This document shows, piece by piece, positions 20,101 through 29,709 of a stretch of DNA of 64,000 nt; the stretch's first letter is position 1; every line of letters begins with the position of its first letter. Source of the stretch: an uncultured Gammaproteobacteria bacterium (GTDB taxonomy: Bacteria > Pseudomonadota > Gammaproteobacteria > HyVt-429); assembly GCA_947259975.1 (NCBI GenBank), contig CAMYOD010000077.1, positions 81,999 through 145,998 on the forward strand. Reading direction: 5' to 3'. The notes beneath the pieces were generated by a model. That model saw only the letters and a list, made by a program, of their open reading frames with translations. It ran no database searches and was not told the origin of the DNA. The position numbers and the translations under genes are program-made.

Positions 20101-22059
20101 ATGCCGTTGACCGTTGTTATCTCGGAGTTGGGCAGCTTGACGATGCTTCTAGGCCTATATCATCGTTGCCTCGGTCGTCCGGTATATTTCTACCAACCTT
20201 TCTCGGAGGCTTTTGCCGGGCGTTGGCGGCGCGTACTCAATTTTGTCGGATTCACGCGGATCGATTTTCAAAGCGCAGCGCGTGTCGACACCAACTATAT
20301 ATTCGGTGACCGCTACGATGTGGTCGGGCCAATCGTAGCGCGATTCCTGCCACCGGTGGTGTACACAGTAGCAGACGGTTTACTCGCCGGCATTGCTAAT
20401 CATGGCGCCAAGCTCAGGACGCTGGTGCGCGCGCATATTGACTCCGCATGTGCAGCAGCGGCGGAGATTGCGACATGGTGCGCAGGCCGGGAGCGGCGCG
20501 GTGAGCTGCTGATTATAGGGCCGTTAGGCCTATGGCCGCGCCGCTACCTGGAAGCCGCGGTGTCCGATCTGCGCGTCGGCCGGCTCGCGCCATTACTGTA
20601 CGGCCTCGCGGTGAGCAACAAGCTTTTGGTCCGATTGTGGCGCCGAAGATCGCGACTAAAGAAGCGTGTTGATGCCGCGCAGGAGACGTGCGACGTGCGC
20701 CTGCCGGGCGACGTTACCGGCCAAACGAGCTACGAGCAATCGGTGTTATTCTTCCCGCACCAGACGATCAGGTATGGAAATCTGTTCCTAAAGGATCATT
20801 TCTACAATTCTGACAGGAACTCGCCATTTCATTCGAGCAAGATCCTGCACGTTGAGTTAGGGGCGCTGCCGGCGGGCACCGTAACAGAGGATTTGTGCGA
20901 GATCTACGAGAGGCACGACATCAGGTATTGTCGTCTCAACGCGGATGTGAGTCTGCCCAGCGTGTCGACCGTGCATGAGTTTGTGCGCCATTGCTGGCGG
21001 CGGGGCGGATTCACCTTTATCTTGCGCAACCGCCAAGTCCTGATGGCGATATTGCGGAGCTGGTCCAGGTTTCGGTCATTCTGTACTGCATTGAAGCCGT
21101 TCAACAAGGCAAGGATTGCATTAGTCGGTTACGAGATGTTGTTTCCCAAGGAGCTTTCTCTTGCGCTCGAAGCACGTGGCATCAGAACCGTTGCCACGCA
21201 GGAGCGCTTTTTGGCTTCAACCTTTTATCGAAACTGGAATTACATCCTCGATACCTATCTGGTAGCGAGTCGGCGCGTATGCGAGGAAATTGACGCGGAT
21301 GAGTCTAAGTTGGTCAAGAACTGCATTCCCGTTGGGCTCGTTCGCGCTGATCTGATTCTGCAATTACCGGGCGTTGAAGCACCCGCGACCGACGATGAGG
21401 GAACGCCGGCGTTCGAGCATCTCGTGGTTGCCTACGATTTCCCGTCTCTGGATGATCGTTTCGCGAACATGCGCCGGCCGGTGGCGAACTGGGCGTCGAA
21501 TCGGCAATTCTATGAGGATATTTTGCGACTGGCGCGCGAATTCCCGCACGCGCGATTCGTCGTTCGCAGCAGGCAATTGAATTGGCTTCGGCTAGCCTAT
21601 TTCCAGAACGTGATAAATGCCCTCGGGCGCCAGGACAACGTAGTGATCAGTGAGGACTTCGCACGCTATGCAGTTCAGTACCGGTTGGGTGCGAGTGCCG
21701 ATCTGGTGATTGCAAAACATTCATCGATCGCCGAGGAGCTTATCGCCGCCGGCAAGCCCGTGATTCTGCATGACTACATCTGCAACGCGAGCACGACATT
21801 CAGTCAGGCCTATGCCTACGAGGGCGTGGCAGTGTTCGCCAGAAGCTACAACGAGCTAGCGAAAATGACGCATGCCGCACTGGAAAACGGAGACTTTCTC
21901 GCGCCGGGCGAAACGACGCGCCTGCGAGACGCTGTTAACAACGGACTTGCGGATGGAAAGGTTGGTGCACGGATTCAACAGGCGCTTTCGCGCATGCATG
22001 ATGAACAGCCGGTGGACATGAATTCAGGCGCATCAGAGCCTAGAAAAGCGATCGCCTAG
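20101..22059 (+). CDS. Hypothetical 652-aa protein, candidate ulosonate glycosyltransferase
   Basis: Long ORF. The C-terminal half is GT-B-like (TVATQER, VGLVRAD, ADLVIAKHSSIAEELIAAGKPVILHD). Confidence 0.5.
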   Translation: MPLTVVISELGSLTMLLGLYHRCLGRPVYFYQPFSEAFAGRWRRVLNFVGFTRIDFQSAARVDTNYIFGDRYDVVGPIVARFLPPVVYTVADGLLAGIANHGAKLRTLVRAHIDSACAAAAEIATWCAGRERRGELLIIGPLGLWPRRYLEAAVSDLRVGRLAPLLYGLAVSNKLLVRLWRRRSRLKKRVDAAQETCDVRLPGDVTGQTSYEQSVLFFPHQTIRYGNLFLKDHFYNSDRNSPFHSSKILHVELGALPAGTVTEDLCEIYERHDIRYCRLNADVSLPSVSTVHEFVRHCWRRGGFTFILRNRQVLMAILRSWSRFRSFCTALKPFNKARIALVGYEMLFPKELSLALEARGIRTVATQERFLASTFYRNWNYILDTYLVASRRVCEEIDADESKLVKNCIPVGLVRADLILQLPGVEAPATDDEGTPAFEHLVVAYDFPSLDDRFANMRRPVANWASNRQFYEDILRLAREFPHARFVVRSRQLNWLRLAYFQNVINALGRQDNVVISEDFARYAVQYRLGASADLVIAKHSSIAEELIAAGKPVILHDYICNASTTFSQAYAYEGVAVFARSYNELAKMTHAALENGDFLAPGETTRLRDAVNNGLADGKVGARIQQALSRMHDEQPVDMNSGASEPRKAIA

Positions 22060-22120
22060 ATGCGTTTCACGGTGCATCGATACTGAATAAACACGTCAGG
22101 ACGGATATCGGGGAATTCCT

Positions 22121-23002
22121 ATGTTAAATCAAGCAAATGCGGTGGTGAATGTCGGCGGCGGTGATGTGCACGAGGTCAAAATCGGTAAGGATCAGCCGCT
22201 CGCTGTTTTGGCGGGACCTTGTGCCATTGAGAGCGAGACGCACGCGATGACCATGGCGGAAGGCATCCGTAAAATTGCCGACCGAGTGGGTGTCCCGCTG
22301 ATTTACAAGTCATGCTTCGATAAGGATTGCCGGTCATCACCGGACTCCTATCACGGTTGCGGCATCGATAGCGGTCTGAAGATTCTGGCGAAGATTCGGG
22401 CTGAGTTTGGTATTCCGGTAGTCACAGACGTCAGCAACGTCGAGTGGGTTGCGGAAACTGCTGAGGTGGCGGATATGCTGCAGATCCCGGCTTATCTTTG
22501 CCGGCAAACCCATCTTCTACGCGCCTGCGCCGCAACAAAGAAACCCTTGCACTTGAAAAAGGGTCAGTTTATGAATCCTCGTAATATGAAGAACTCACTG
22601 GCCAAAATCTATCGTGAGGAAAACTTTCAGGTGGTGTTGACCGACCGCGGTACATTCTTCGGTTATGACGATCTGGTTAACGACTTTCGCTCGTTGCAGA
22701 TCATGAAAGAGTTTGGCACCCCTGTGTGTTACGATGCGACCCATTCGATTCAACAGCCAACCGGGCACGGCAGTGTGTCGCAAGGGCTGCGGGAATTCAT
22801 TCCCGGGCTCGTCCGTGCCGCCTGTGCAATGAACGTCGACGCACTGTTTATGGAGGTTCACGATAATCCGGACCAGGCGTTAAGCGACCCCGCCACACAA
22901 CTCGATATCCAGTTTCTGGAGGCCATATTGCGTCAGTCCAAGGAAGTTAGTGACGTATCCCGGGCGGTCATACAACAGTATCCGACGGATGGGATAATCT
23001 GA
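22121..23002 (+). CDS. kdsA: KDO8P synthase family protein, metal-dependent type, atypical substrate loop
   Basis: AGPCAIES, FDKDCRSS (canonical FDKANRSS), QIPAYLCRQT, KKGQF, RG..FGY, DATHS and FMEVHDNP..ALSD. Confidence 0.85.
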   Translation: MLNQANAVVNVGGGDVHEVKIGKDQPLAVLAGPCAIESETHAMTMAEGIRKIADRVGVPLIYKSCFDKDCRSSPDSYHGCGIDSGLKILAKIRAEFGIPVVTDVSNVEWVAETAEVADMLQIPAYLCRQTHLLRACAATKKPLHLKKGQFMNPRNMKNSLAKIYREENFQVVLTDRGTFFGYDDLVNDFRSLQIMKEFGTPVCYDATHSIQQPTGHGSVSQGLREFIPGLVRAACAMNVDALFMEVHDNPDQALSDPATQLDIQFLEAILRQSKEVSDVSRAVIQQYPTDGII

Positions 23003-23038
23003 AGTACAGCATCAATCGGTTAAATATGAGGAAACGAT

Positions 23039-23737
23039 ATGACTGTAGCGGTCCTGATTCCGGCAAAGGGTAAAAGTAAACGCATTCCGCAAAAGAACCT
23101 CCAGAAAATAGGAGATGAAACGCTCGCCGAGCGTTGTGTTCGTAAGATGCTGGAGTGCAAGAATATCGATCGACTGATTCTGGATACTGACTCGGACGAG
23201 ATTATCGAGCTCGTTGATGGCTATCGGCAACAGGACGAGCGTCTTGTGATACGGGAGCGCTCCACGGAATTGATTGGAGATGACGTAGGCACGCCGGAAC
23301 TCTGCGTTAATCTGTTGAATCAGGAGCCCAATATTGATTATCTCGGCGTCATGCACGTGACCGCACCCTATTTAAGCAGTGCGAGCATCGATAAGTGCGT
23401 GGAGGTTTTTGTTACCTGTAATGCAGCGTATGACAGTCTGTTTACCGTCGAAGTATTGCATGACTATATCTGGAAGGATCAGCCGCTGAACTTTAACGTC
23501 GATTGTCGCACAAGTACTGACCAGGTCGACGTTTACTATAAATTGACTGGCGGATTCTTCATTGCACCAAGAAAATACATTCTCGAGCATAAGACGTTCA
23601 TTGGTCGCAATCCGATCCTCTATCCGGTGTCTGTTCTAGAGGGCCTGGATATCAATTATCCCAATGAACTTGAGTTGGCCCGGGTGATCCATGCCGGTCT
23701 CGACGCCCTGGGCCACGACGAGGAGCATCTGAAATGA
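23039..23737 (+). CDS. NeuA-type CMP-ulosonate cytidylyltransferase
   Basis: LIPAKGKSKRIPQKN, DTDS, HVTAPY and DINYPNE motifs. Confidence 0.85.
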   Translation: MTVAVLIPAKGKSKRIPQKNLQKIGDETLAERCVRKMLECKNIDRLILDTDSDEIIELVDGYRQQDERLVIRERSTELIGDDVGTPELCVNLLNQEPNIDYLGVMHVTAPYLSSASIDKCVEVFVTCNAAYDSLFTVEVLHDYIWKDQPLNFNVDCRTSTDQVDVYYKLTGGFFIAPRKYILEHKTFIGRNPILYPVSVLEGLDINYPNELELARVIHAGLDALGHDEEHLK

Positions 23738-24405
23738 GTGCGGAGGGTTTATCGCGCCTGACATCTGCTGTCATCTATGACGTCATGACTTTTGATTTGG
23801 CGTACGACCGTCAGTTCGCTCTCAAAAACGAGATTCGTCTGGCTACGGGAACGAAGGTAGTAGGGCCCGCTTTCACGGTGGCGGGTCAATTCACACCCAA
23901 TCGATTATCCAAATACGAGGAACGCGCACGGGTTATCGATATGCTGGAGCATATGTCCGCGGGCGTGATTGAGGTTCTACAGCCAAATTACGCCGGCCCC
24001 CTGGGATCGTGGGGCGACTTTACCGCAACATTGGTGAGAAAGTTTGGATGTACAGGTGCTGTCGTGGACGGCTTTACCCGGGATATCAAAGGTCTGAATG
24101 AAATGCAATTCAGTCTATTCTGTAAGGGAACGAGCCTTGTCAATGGATTTGGCAGTGGTTGGCAAATCAGCGACTTCCAGTGCCCGGTAGCGATGCCGGG
24201 CCCGTTGGAAGTACCGGTTACCGTGAATCCAGGCGATTATGTCGTCGGCGACGATGACGGAGTCGTCATCGTACCGCGGGAAATGATTGATGACGTTGTT
24301 GAGCATGCCATCCGTCGACTAGATCGGGAAGAGGATCTTAAAGCCCAGTTGGCACAGGACGGTCTCACCCCCGCCGATCTGAAAAAAACAATATTTGAGT
24401 GGTAG
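23734..24405 (+). CDS. RraA / HMG(CHA)-aldolase family protein
   Basis: VGPAFTV, WGD, GAVVDGFTRD and VNPGDYVVGDDDGVVIVP motifs. ATGA overlap. Confidence 0.88.
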   Translation: MSAEGLSRLTSAVIYDVMTFDLAYDRQFALKNEIRLATGTKVVGPAFTVAGQFTPNRLSKYEERARVIDMLEHMSAGVIEVLQPNYAGPLGSWGDFTATLVRKFGCTGAVVDGFTRDIKGLNEMQFSLFCKGTSLVNGFGSGWQISDFQCPVAMPGPLEVPVTVNPGDYVVGDDDGVVIVPREMIDDVVEHAIRRLDREEDLKAQLAQDGLTPADLKKTIFEW

Positions 24406-24493
24406 CACAGGTGCGACCGTGTGGAACGTATTGGAGTTCCACCACCGCCGGCGACCGTGAATTGCAAAATTTCTACGAGCACATTATGTCAGG

Positions 24494-26227
24494 GTGAGCA
24501 CCCTGGATAGTCATCAAGCAGGGACTATCGATCTGGGTTTTCGGGCCGAATTCGATGTGGGTGTCGGCCGCATGTATGACCAGATTAGCCTTGAGCTTAG
24601 GCAACCATTTTGCAGGTTCGTCGAACGGTTGTCGTCCTCATTTTGTATGCAGGTAGATTGGTGGGTGGGGCTACCGTCCAGCCGCGATCAATATAGCAGC
24701 CAATTGTTCCACGTCTGTACTGCATTGGTGCTTTTGGATCACTTGATTAACAGCGGTCACCGAATCGATAAAATCATCGTCGATGATGCAGCAATGCAGC
24801 AATGTGTGCTCGCGCTACTGCGCCGACAAAATGCGCACATACAAGTCTCTCGTCGGCAGACACCGACACAGCGTTGGGTTCGGTATATGCGTGAGATTCT
24901 TGCACCATTCCGCGCCATCGCACGCATCTGGCTCGAAACATTCATAATTCGCCAAGGCAGAGTTGACCATGGTATCGCCGATGTCGCTGATCTGATACTC
25001 GTGGACACGTTTGTTATACCGCCCTCCGATTTGAACCGTGACCGATACTACCCGGGTCTGTGGGAGGGACTGCGTGAAGAGCAGCGCGTGCGTTTACGCT
25101 TCGTGCCTCAATTTCTCATGTATCCGATCAGCAAGTTGCGGCGGATCGTGCGAGAGGCCCGTCGCGCGCCCGAAAAGTATCTCATCAAGGAAGACCTTAT
25201 CACCGTCACCGATCTACTTTGGGTCGCGGCGCACTGGTGGCGTATTCGCCGCTGGAAAATCGACAACGTCCGCTTTCACGACAATGATCTCTCACCGGTT
25301 GTAAGGCGCGAATTGTACTCGGGCATCGGCTTTCGGTCCGCGTTGCGCGGCCTATTGAATTTTCGATTTGTGATGCGTGCTCGCCAAGCGGGCTTGCAAA
25401 TCGCCCGAGCAATCGACTGGTTTGAAAATCAGACAGTCGATCGTGGCTGGAATCTGGGGCTTCACACTTACTATCCGAAGGTGCCGCGCATCGGGTACCT
25501 GGGATTCTCCGCAACCTCTCAGGCCGCGCGTCCGGCACAATATGAGGCGGCCGCGGGCGTAGTGCCAGATGAGTTCGCTGTCATGGGTAATGGACATATT
25601 GCCGATATGAGCGAGTTTCACGCTGAGGTGCGGACGCAGATTGCGCCTGCGTTTCGGTATGGCTGGTTGTGGCAGGAAGATGGCGAGATGCCCACGGCTG
25701 ACGCGGGTGTCGCAGATACGATTCTGGTTATGTTGCCGATTGAAAAGGGGGCGGCTTCGTTCTGCCTGGACCTCGTGTGCCAGCTTGCAGCGAGGCGGCA
25801 CCATTTTTGCTTTGTGGTCAAGGCGCATCCGATGCTACCGATTGCGGACATTGAGTTACCGACGAGTACATTACCGGCCGCAGTCATGGAGACGAACGAG
25901 GCGATTCCTGAACAGCTCAAGCGGGCGGGATGTGCAGTTTCCGGGGGCAGTACCACCGCCGGACTCGAAGCCCTGGCCTCCGCGGTACCGGTAGTTTTCG
26001 TGGCGTCGCCTGGACATCGGTCCGAGCTGCCGATACCAACGGCACTGCCACATGCGAATTATCGGGTGGCGCAGGATATCGACGCGTTCGAGCAAGCGCT
26101 CGACGACCTGCGCGAACGACGGATACAGCAGGCCGATCGATTACGTTCGGACGCTGCTGCCGTCAAGCGGGATTTCTTTGCACCATTGTCTGACGCCACA
26201 CTCGGCGATCTTGTTGGTGTGCGTTAG
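24494..26227 (+). CDS. Hypothetical 577-aa protein, candidate ulosonate glycosyltransferase
   Basis: Long ORF with WFENQ..DRG, APAFRY, VKAHPM and STTAGLEALASAVPV in a GT-B-like C-terminus. Confidence 0.5.
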   Translation: MSTLDSHQAGTIDLGFRAEFDVGVGRMYDQISLELRQPFCRFVERLSSSFCMQVDWWVGLPSSRDQYSSQLFHVCTALVLLDHLINSGHRIDKIIVDDAAMQQCVLALLRRQNAHIQVSRRQTPTQRWVRYMREILAPFRAIARIWLETFIIRQGRVDHGIADVADLILVDTFVIPPSDLNRDRYYPGLWEGLREEQRVRLRFVPQFLMYPISKLRRIVREARRAPEKYLIKEDLITVTDLLWVAAHWWRIRRWKIDNVRFHDNDLSPVVRRELYSGIGFRSALRGLLNFRFVMRARQAGLQIARAIDWFENQTVDRGWNLGLHTYYPKVPRIGYLGFSATSQAARPAQYEAAAGVVPDEFAVMGNGHIADMSEFHAEVRTQIAPAFRYGWLWQEDGEMPTADAGVADTILVMLPIEKGAASFCLDLVCQLAARRHHFCFVVKAHPMLPIADIELPTSTLPAAVMETNEAIPEQLKRAGCAVSGGSTTAGLEALASAVPVVFVASPGHRSELPIPTALPHANYRVAQDIDAFEQALDDLRERRIQQADRLRSDAAAVKRDFFAPLSDATLGDLVGVR

Positions 26228-26290
26228 ATGAACATCGCGTAAACCGAGGCACAATACGTCATCATACTAGCTTGGTCCGGAGCACGTTCA

Positions 26291-27403
26291 ATGTATTTCA
26301 ATGATGTATACAAGCACCGCAAGGTCCTTGTATTTGGTCACACCGGCTTCAAGGGTTCGTGGTTGGTCGCGTGGTTGCGTGAGCTGGGTGCTGATGTCGT
26401 CGGTGTATCGAATTGCGTTCCTACACAACCTGCCCATATTGAGGTGACAGGGCTTGATCGCGCCGTGAAGGGACACACACTCGATATTCGTGACTTGGCG
26501 GCAGTGTCGCGCGTGATCGAAATGGAACAACCGGATTGGGTATTCCATCTTGCTGCCCAGTCATTGGTCAAGTATTCGTACGATGAACCGATCGAGACTT
26601 TTACGACGAATGCGATCGGTACGGCTCATATTCTGGAGGCCTTGCGACGCCAAGGTCGTCCATGTATTGGCATTATTATTACGAGCGACAAGTGTTACGA
26701 CAACGTCGAGTGGATATGGGGATACCGGGAGACAGATCGCCTGGGTGGCAAGGATCCGTATAGTGCGTCGAAGGGTGCCGCAGAATTGGTGATACGATCC
26801 TACGTGGAGTCATACTTCTCAGCCAAAAACTGCCCGATTCGTCTCGGTATCGGACGCGCAGGAAACGTCATCGGTGGCGGTGATTGGGCCGCTGATCGAG
26901 TGGTTCCGGACTGCATAAGGGCGTGGTCAGAGAGTGATAACGTATCGATTCGGAACCCAAATGCAACACGCCCCTGGCAGCATGTGCTCGAACCCTTGAG
27001 TGGATACCTTGCGCTGGGCGCGCAGCTTCATGCGGATGCGACGCTGCAAGGCGAAGCCTTCAACTTCGGACCATCTGCGGACATGAGCCACTCCGTGCGC
27101 GATTTGGTCGAACAGATGTCGCGTGATTGGCCGGGTGTGACTTGGCAAGACACGTCAGACCCACATCATCCACATACGGAAGCGGGTCTACTGAAGTTGA
27201 ATTGCGATAAGGCCCTCGCAAAACTGGGTTGGCGCGGCGTGCTCACATTTCCTGAGACTGTTTCCATGACCACGAGCTGGTATCGAGATTATTACTCGAA
27301 AGGCGCAGGGAAAATATTGGCGCTGACCACAGATCAAATCCACCATTTCTGTGATCTGGCGTCGGCGCGCGGTATCGCCTGGGCAACTCGGCTCGATGGT
27401 TAA
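26291..27403 (+). CDS. rfbG: CDP-glucose 4,6-dehydratase
   Basis: GHTGFKGSWL, HLAAQSLV, TSDKCY, DPYSASK, RAGNVIGGGDW, RPWQHVLEPL and NFGP motifs. Confidence 0.95.
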   Translation: MYFNDVYKHRKVLVFGHTGFKGSWLVAWLRELGADVVGVSNCVPTQPAHIEVTGLDRAVKGHTLDIRDLAAVSRVIEMEQPDWVFHLAAQSLVKYSYDEPIETFTTNAIGTAHILEALRRQGRPCIGIIITSDKCYDNVEWIWGYRETDRLGGKDPYSASKGAAELVIRSYVESYFSAKNCPIRLGIGRAGNVIGGGDWAADRVVPDCIRAWSESDNVSIRNPNATRPWQHVLEPLSGYLALGAQLHADATLQGEAFNFGPSADMSHSVRDLVEQMSRDWPGVTWQDTSDPHHPHTEAGLLKLNCDKALAKLGWRGVLTFPETVSMTTSWYRDYYSKGAGKILALTTDQIHHFCDLASARGIAWATRLDG

Positions 27404-27415
27404 GGCATTGCTCCC

Positions 27416-28525
27416 GTGAAGGTTGGGATTATCGTTGGAAATCTGGCCCTTATGGCGGGCGGTGAGCGCGTCGCGAGCAATATGGCGGATTATTTTGTCG
27501 CCAAACTCGATTATGAAGTCGATCTCGTCTCCATAAGTCAGCTGGATAGTCAGCCCGCCTATCGTGTCAACCCGCGCGTCGGAATAGCGTCTCTTGGAAT
27601 CAACCTCAGCGGAAAAAGTCTGCTGGCAAAGTTTCTAGCAAAACTCAAATCGGTGTTCGCCATGCGACGCTACCTGCGCAGTCATTACTATGACGTCGTG
27701 CTGGGAACGGGAACCTATCCAAGCCTGCTTATGTGCTTTCAGGGACGGTCGGAGGCCATGTTGGTGGGCTGTGAACACCTGTCTTATTCGGCGTGTCCGC
27801 TACTGTGGCGAATCATGCGACGAATTATGTACCCCGCACTCGACTGGGTCGTCACGCTCACAATGAGTGATAAGCCAAATTATCAACGCTTTCACAAGAA
27901 TGTGCGCGTCATTCCCAATAGCCGCAGCTTCTTTCCTGAGCGCCCTGCTGAACTGGAGAACCCGCGTATTTTGACCGTGGGCCGGATCGATTATCAGAAA
28001 GGATATGACTTGCTACTCGAAGTAGCCGCTATTGTGTGCACGGCCCGCCCGAATTGGCGCTTTCGAATCATCGGGGACGGGCCGCTTGCTGATGAAATCA
28101 AACGTAGCACGGAGGAGCGTGGGTTATCCGATGCAATTGAGTTCTGTGACGTGTCGAGTGAAATCCAAAAAGAATATTTGTGTGCGTCGCTCTATTTGAT
28201 GACGTCACGTTTTGAAGGCCTCCCCATGGTCCTGCTTGAGGCTCAAGCGTGCGGGTTGCCAATAGTGAGCTTTGACTGCCCGACGGGACCCTCGGATATA
28301 GTCACCGAGGGAGTAGACGGTTATCTGATTGAGCCATTTGATTGTGATGCAATGGCAGAGCACGTAACCCGGTTGATTGACGATCAAGACCGTAGGACGC
28401 GATTCGGACGTGCAGCACGCACAAATTCGGATCGTTTCGCTGAAAAACAAGTGTATGCGGCATGGCAGGATCTATTCGAACAACGGCCGAAGATCTCCGC
28501 GTCAGCTGTCAGACCCATTGTGTAA
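27416..28525 (+). CDS. Glycosyltransferase family 4 (AmsD-like)
   Basis: GGERV, VGRIDYQKG and SRFEGLPMVLLEA..G.P.VSFDCPTGP. Confidence 0.92.
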   Translation: MKVGIIVGNLALMAGGERVASNMADYFVAKLDYEVDLVSISQLDSQPAYRVNPRVGIASLGINLSGKSLLAKFLAKLKSVFAMRRYLRSHYYDVVLGTGTYPSLLMCFQGRSEAMLVGCEHLSYSACPLLWRIMRRIMYPALDWVVTLTMSDKPNYQRFHKNVRVIPNSRSFFPERPAELENPRILTVGRIDYQKGYDLLLEVAAIVCTARPNWRFRIIGDGPLADEIKRSTEERGLSDAIEFCDVSSEIQKEYLCASLYLMTSRFEGLPMVLLEAQACGLPIVSFDCPTGPSDIVTEGVDGYLIEPFDCDAMAEHVTRLIDDQDRRTRFGRAARTNSDRFAEKQVYAAWQDLFEQRPKISASAVRPIV

Positions 28526-28567
28526 TTACCTTAACTAGCCATCTGTTACGAGACGACGTCTGTCGGA

Positions 28568-29695
28568 ATGCGAATCGGGCTCAACCTTTTAGCCGTTCGG
28601 AGCCAACACCAAGTCGGTGTCGATCAGTTTGTGCGCAATGTCGTTGGAAACCTTCAACTACCCGACGATGCTGAGATCACGGTAGCGCTGCGTCGGACGG
28701 TGGCACTCGAAAACGCCCTTGGAGATGATTTCAGTCGGCACAATAGAAATATCCGCCTTTCACGTTGGTCGGTGGGACCCACACCAATGCGCATATTGAT
28801 CGAAATGTTTATTTTACCGCTACGGCTTTTCAATGATGACATCATACTGTCAATAAACAACTTCGGTCCAGTGTTCGGAAAGCGTCTACAGAAGCGAGTC
28901 GTCGTTGTGCACGATGTCTGGTTCTTGTCCGACGCATATGATGGAAGCAAGGTGCTTGCGGGGCTATTTCACCTCCTGTTGCGTATACAGCAGCGCGTGG
29001 CACAAAAAGTAGTGACGGTTTCAGAATTCTCGCGACGCGCACTAGTGAGCTGCATGCGCATTAGAGGCGCGGACGTCACGGTGGTAGGTAACTGCCTGCC
29101 GACGTCCGATGCCGTAAACCACGCGCACAGTGCACTCGTGAATGCTGATGAGGCCGCTTGTGGTAATAGTCCATATTTTCTATTAATCGGTTCCGATCGT
29201 GGGAACAAGAATATCGAGCGCGCAGTGGCAGCCTATGCACATTATTGCGGGAGCACAGACGAGGCAATTCAGCTGGTGGTTGTGGGAACGTATGGTGACG
29301 ATTTTGTTGGCAAGTTGAGACAAAAGTATTCCGAGATCTTCGATAAGGGACTACGGATAGAAGGTTATGTGACTCGCGAGGAGTTTAAGGATCTTCTACG
29401 TGGGTCGACGGCAGTGGTGTTTCCGTCACTCTATGAAGGTTATGGAATACCCGTGGCCGAGGCGCTCGCCAACGGGAAATTTGTTCTTGTGTCGCGAGGC
29501 ACAGTATGTGAGGAACTCGCGGGCGAGATGGGGGTCGTAGTCGATGGTCATGACGTTACTTCTATTGCGCAGGGCCTAGAAAAGTTGCAGCAGTGTGCGT
29601 CACACAAAGCACTGCCAAAAATCCATAGGCGGGTTACCGACTTTTTCGACTGTGCGGCTCGAGCGCGCACATTGGCGCAAACGCTAATGTCCTGA
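28568..29695 (+). CDS. Glycosyltransferase family 4 (MtfB-like)
   Basis: VHD, TVSEFS, KNI and PSLYEGYGIPVAEA motifs. Confidence 0.9.
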   Translation: MRIGLNLLAVRSQHQVGVDQFVRNVVGNLQLPDDAEITVALRRTVALENALGDDFSRHNRNIRLSRWSVGPTPMRILIEMFILPLRLFNDDIILSINNFGPVFGKRLQKRVVVVHDVWFLSDAYDGSKVLAGLFHLLLRIQQRVAQKVVTVSEFSRRALVSCMRIRGADVTVVGNCLPTSDAVNHAHSALVNADEAACGNSPYFLLIGSDRGNKNIERAVAAYAHYCGSTDEAIQLVVVGTYGDDFVGKLRQKYSEIFDKGLRIEGYVTREEFKDLLRGSTAVVFPSLYEGYGIPVAEALANGKFVLVSRGTVCEELAGEMGVVVDGHDVTSIAQGLEKLQQCASHKALPKIHRRVTDFFDCAARARTLAQTLMS

Positions 29696-29709
29696 GGAAC
29701 AAGTCGCCC

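Noticed and set aside
23734-24405. RNase E regulator or MenG methyltransferase annotation
   Set aside because: There is no SAM motif, the aldolase DG..RD residues are retained, and the gene is coupled to a cytidylyltransferase.
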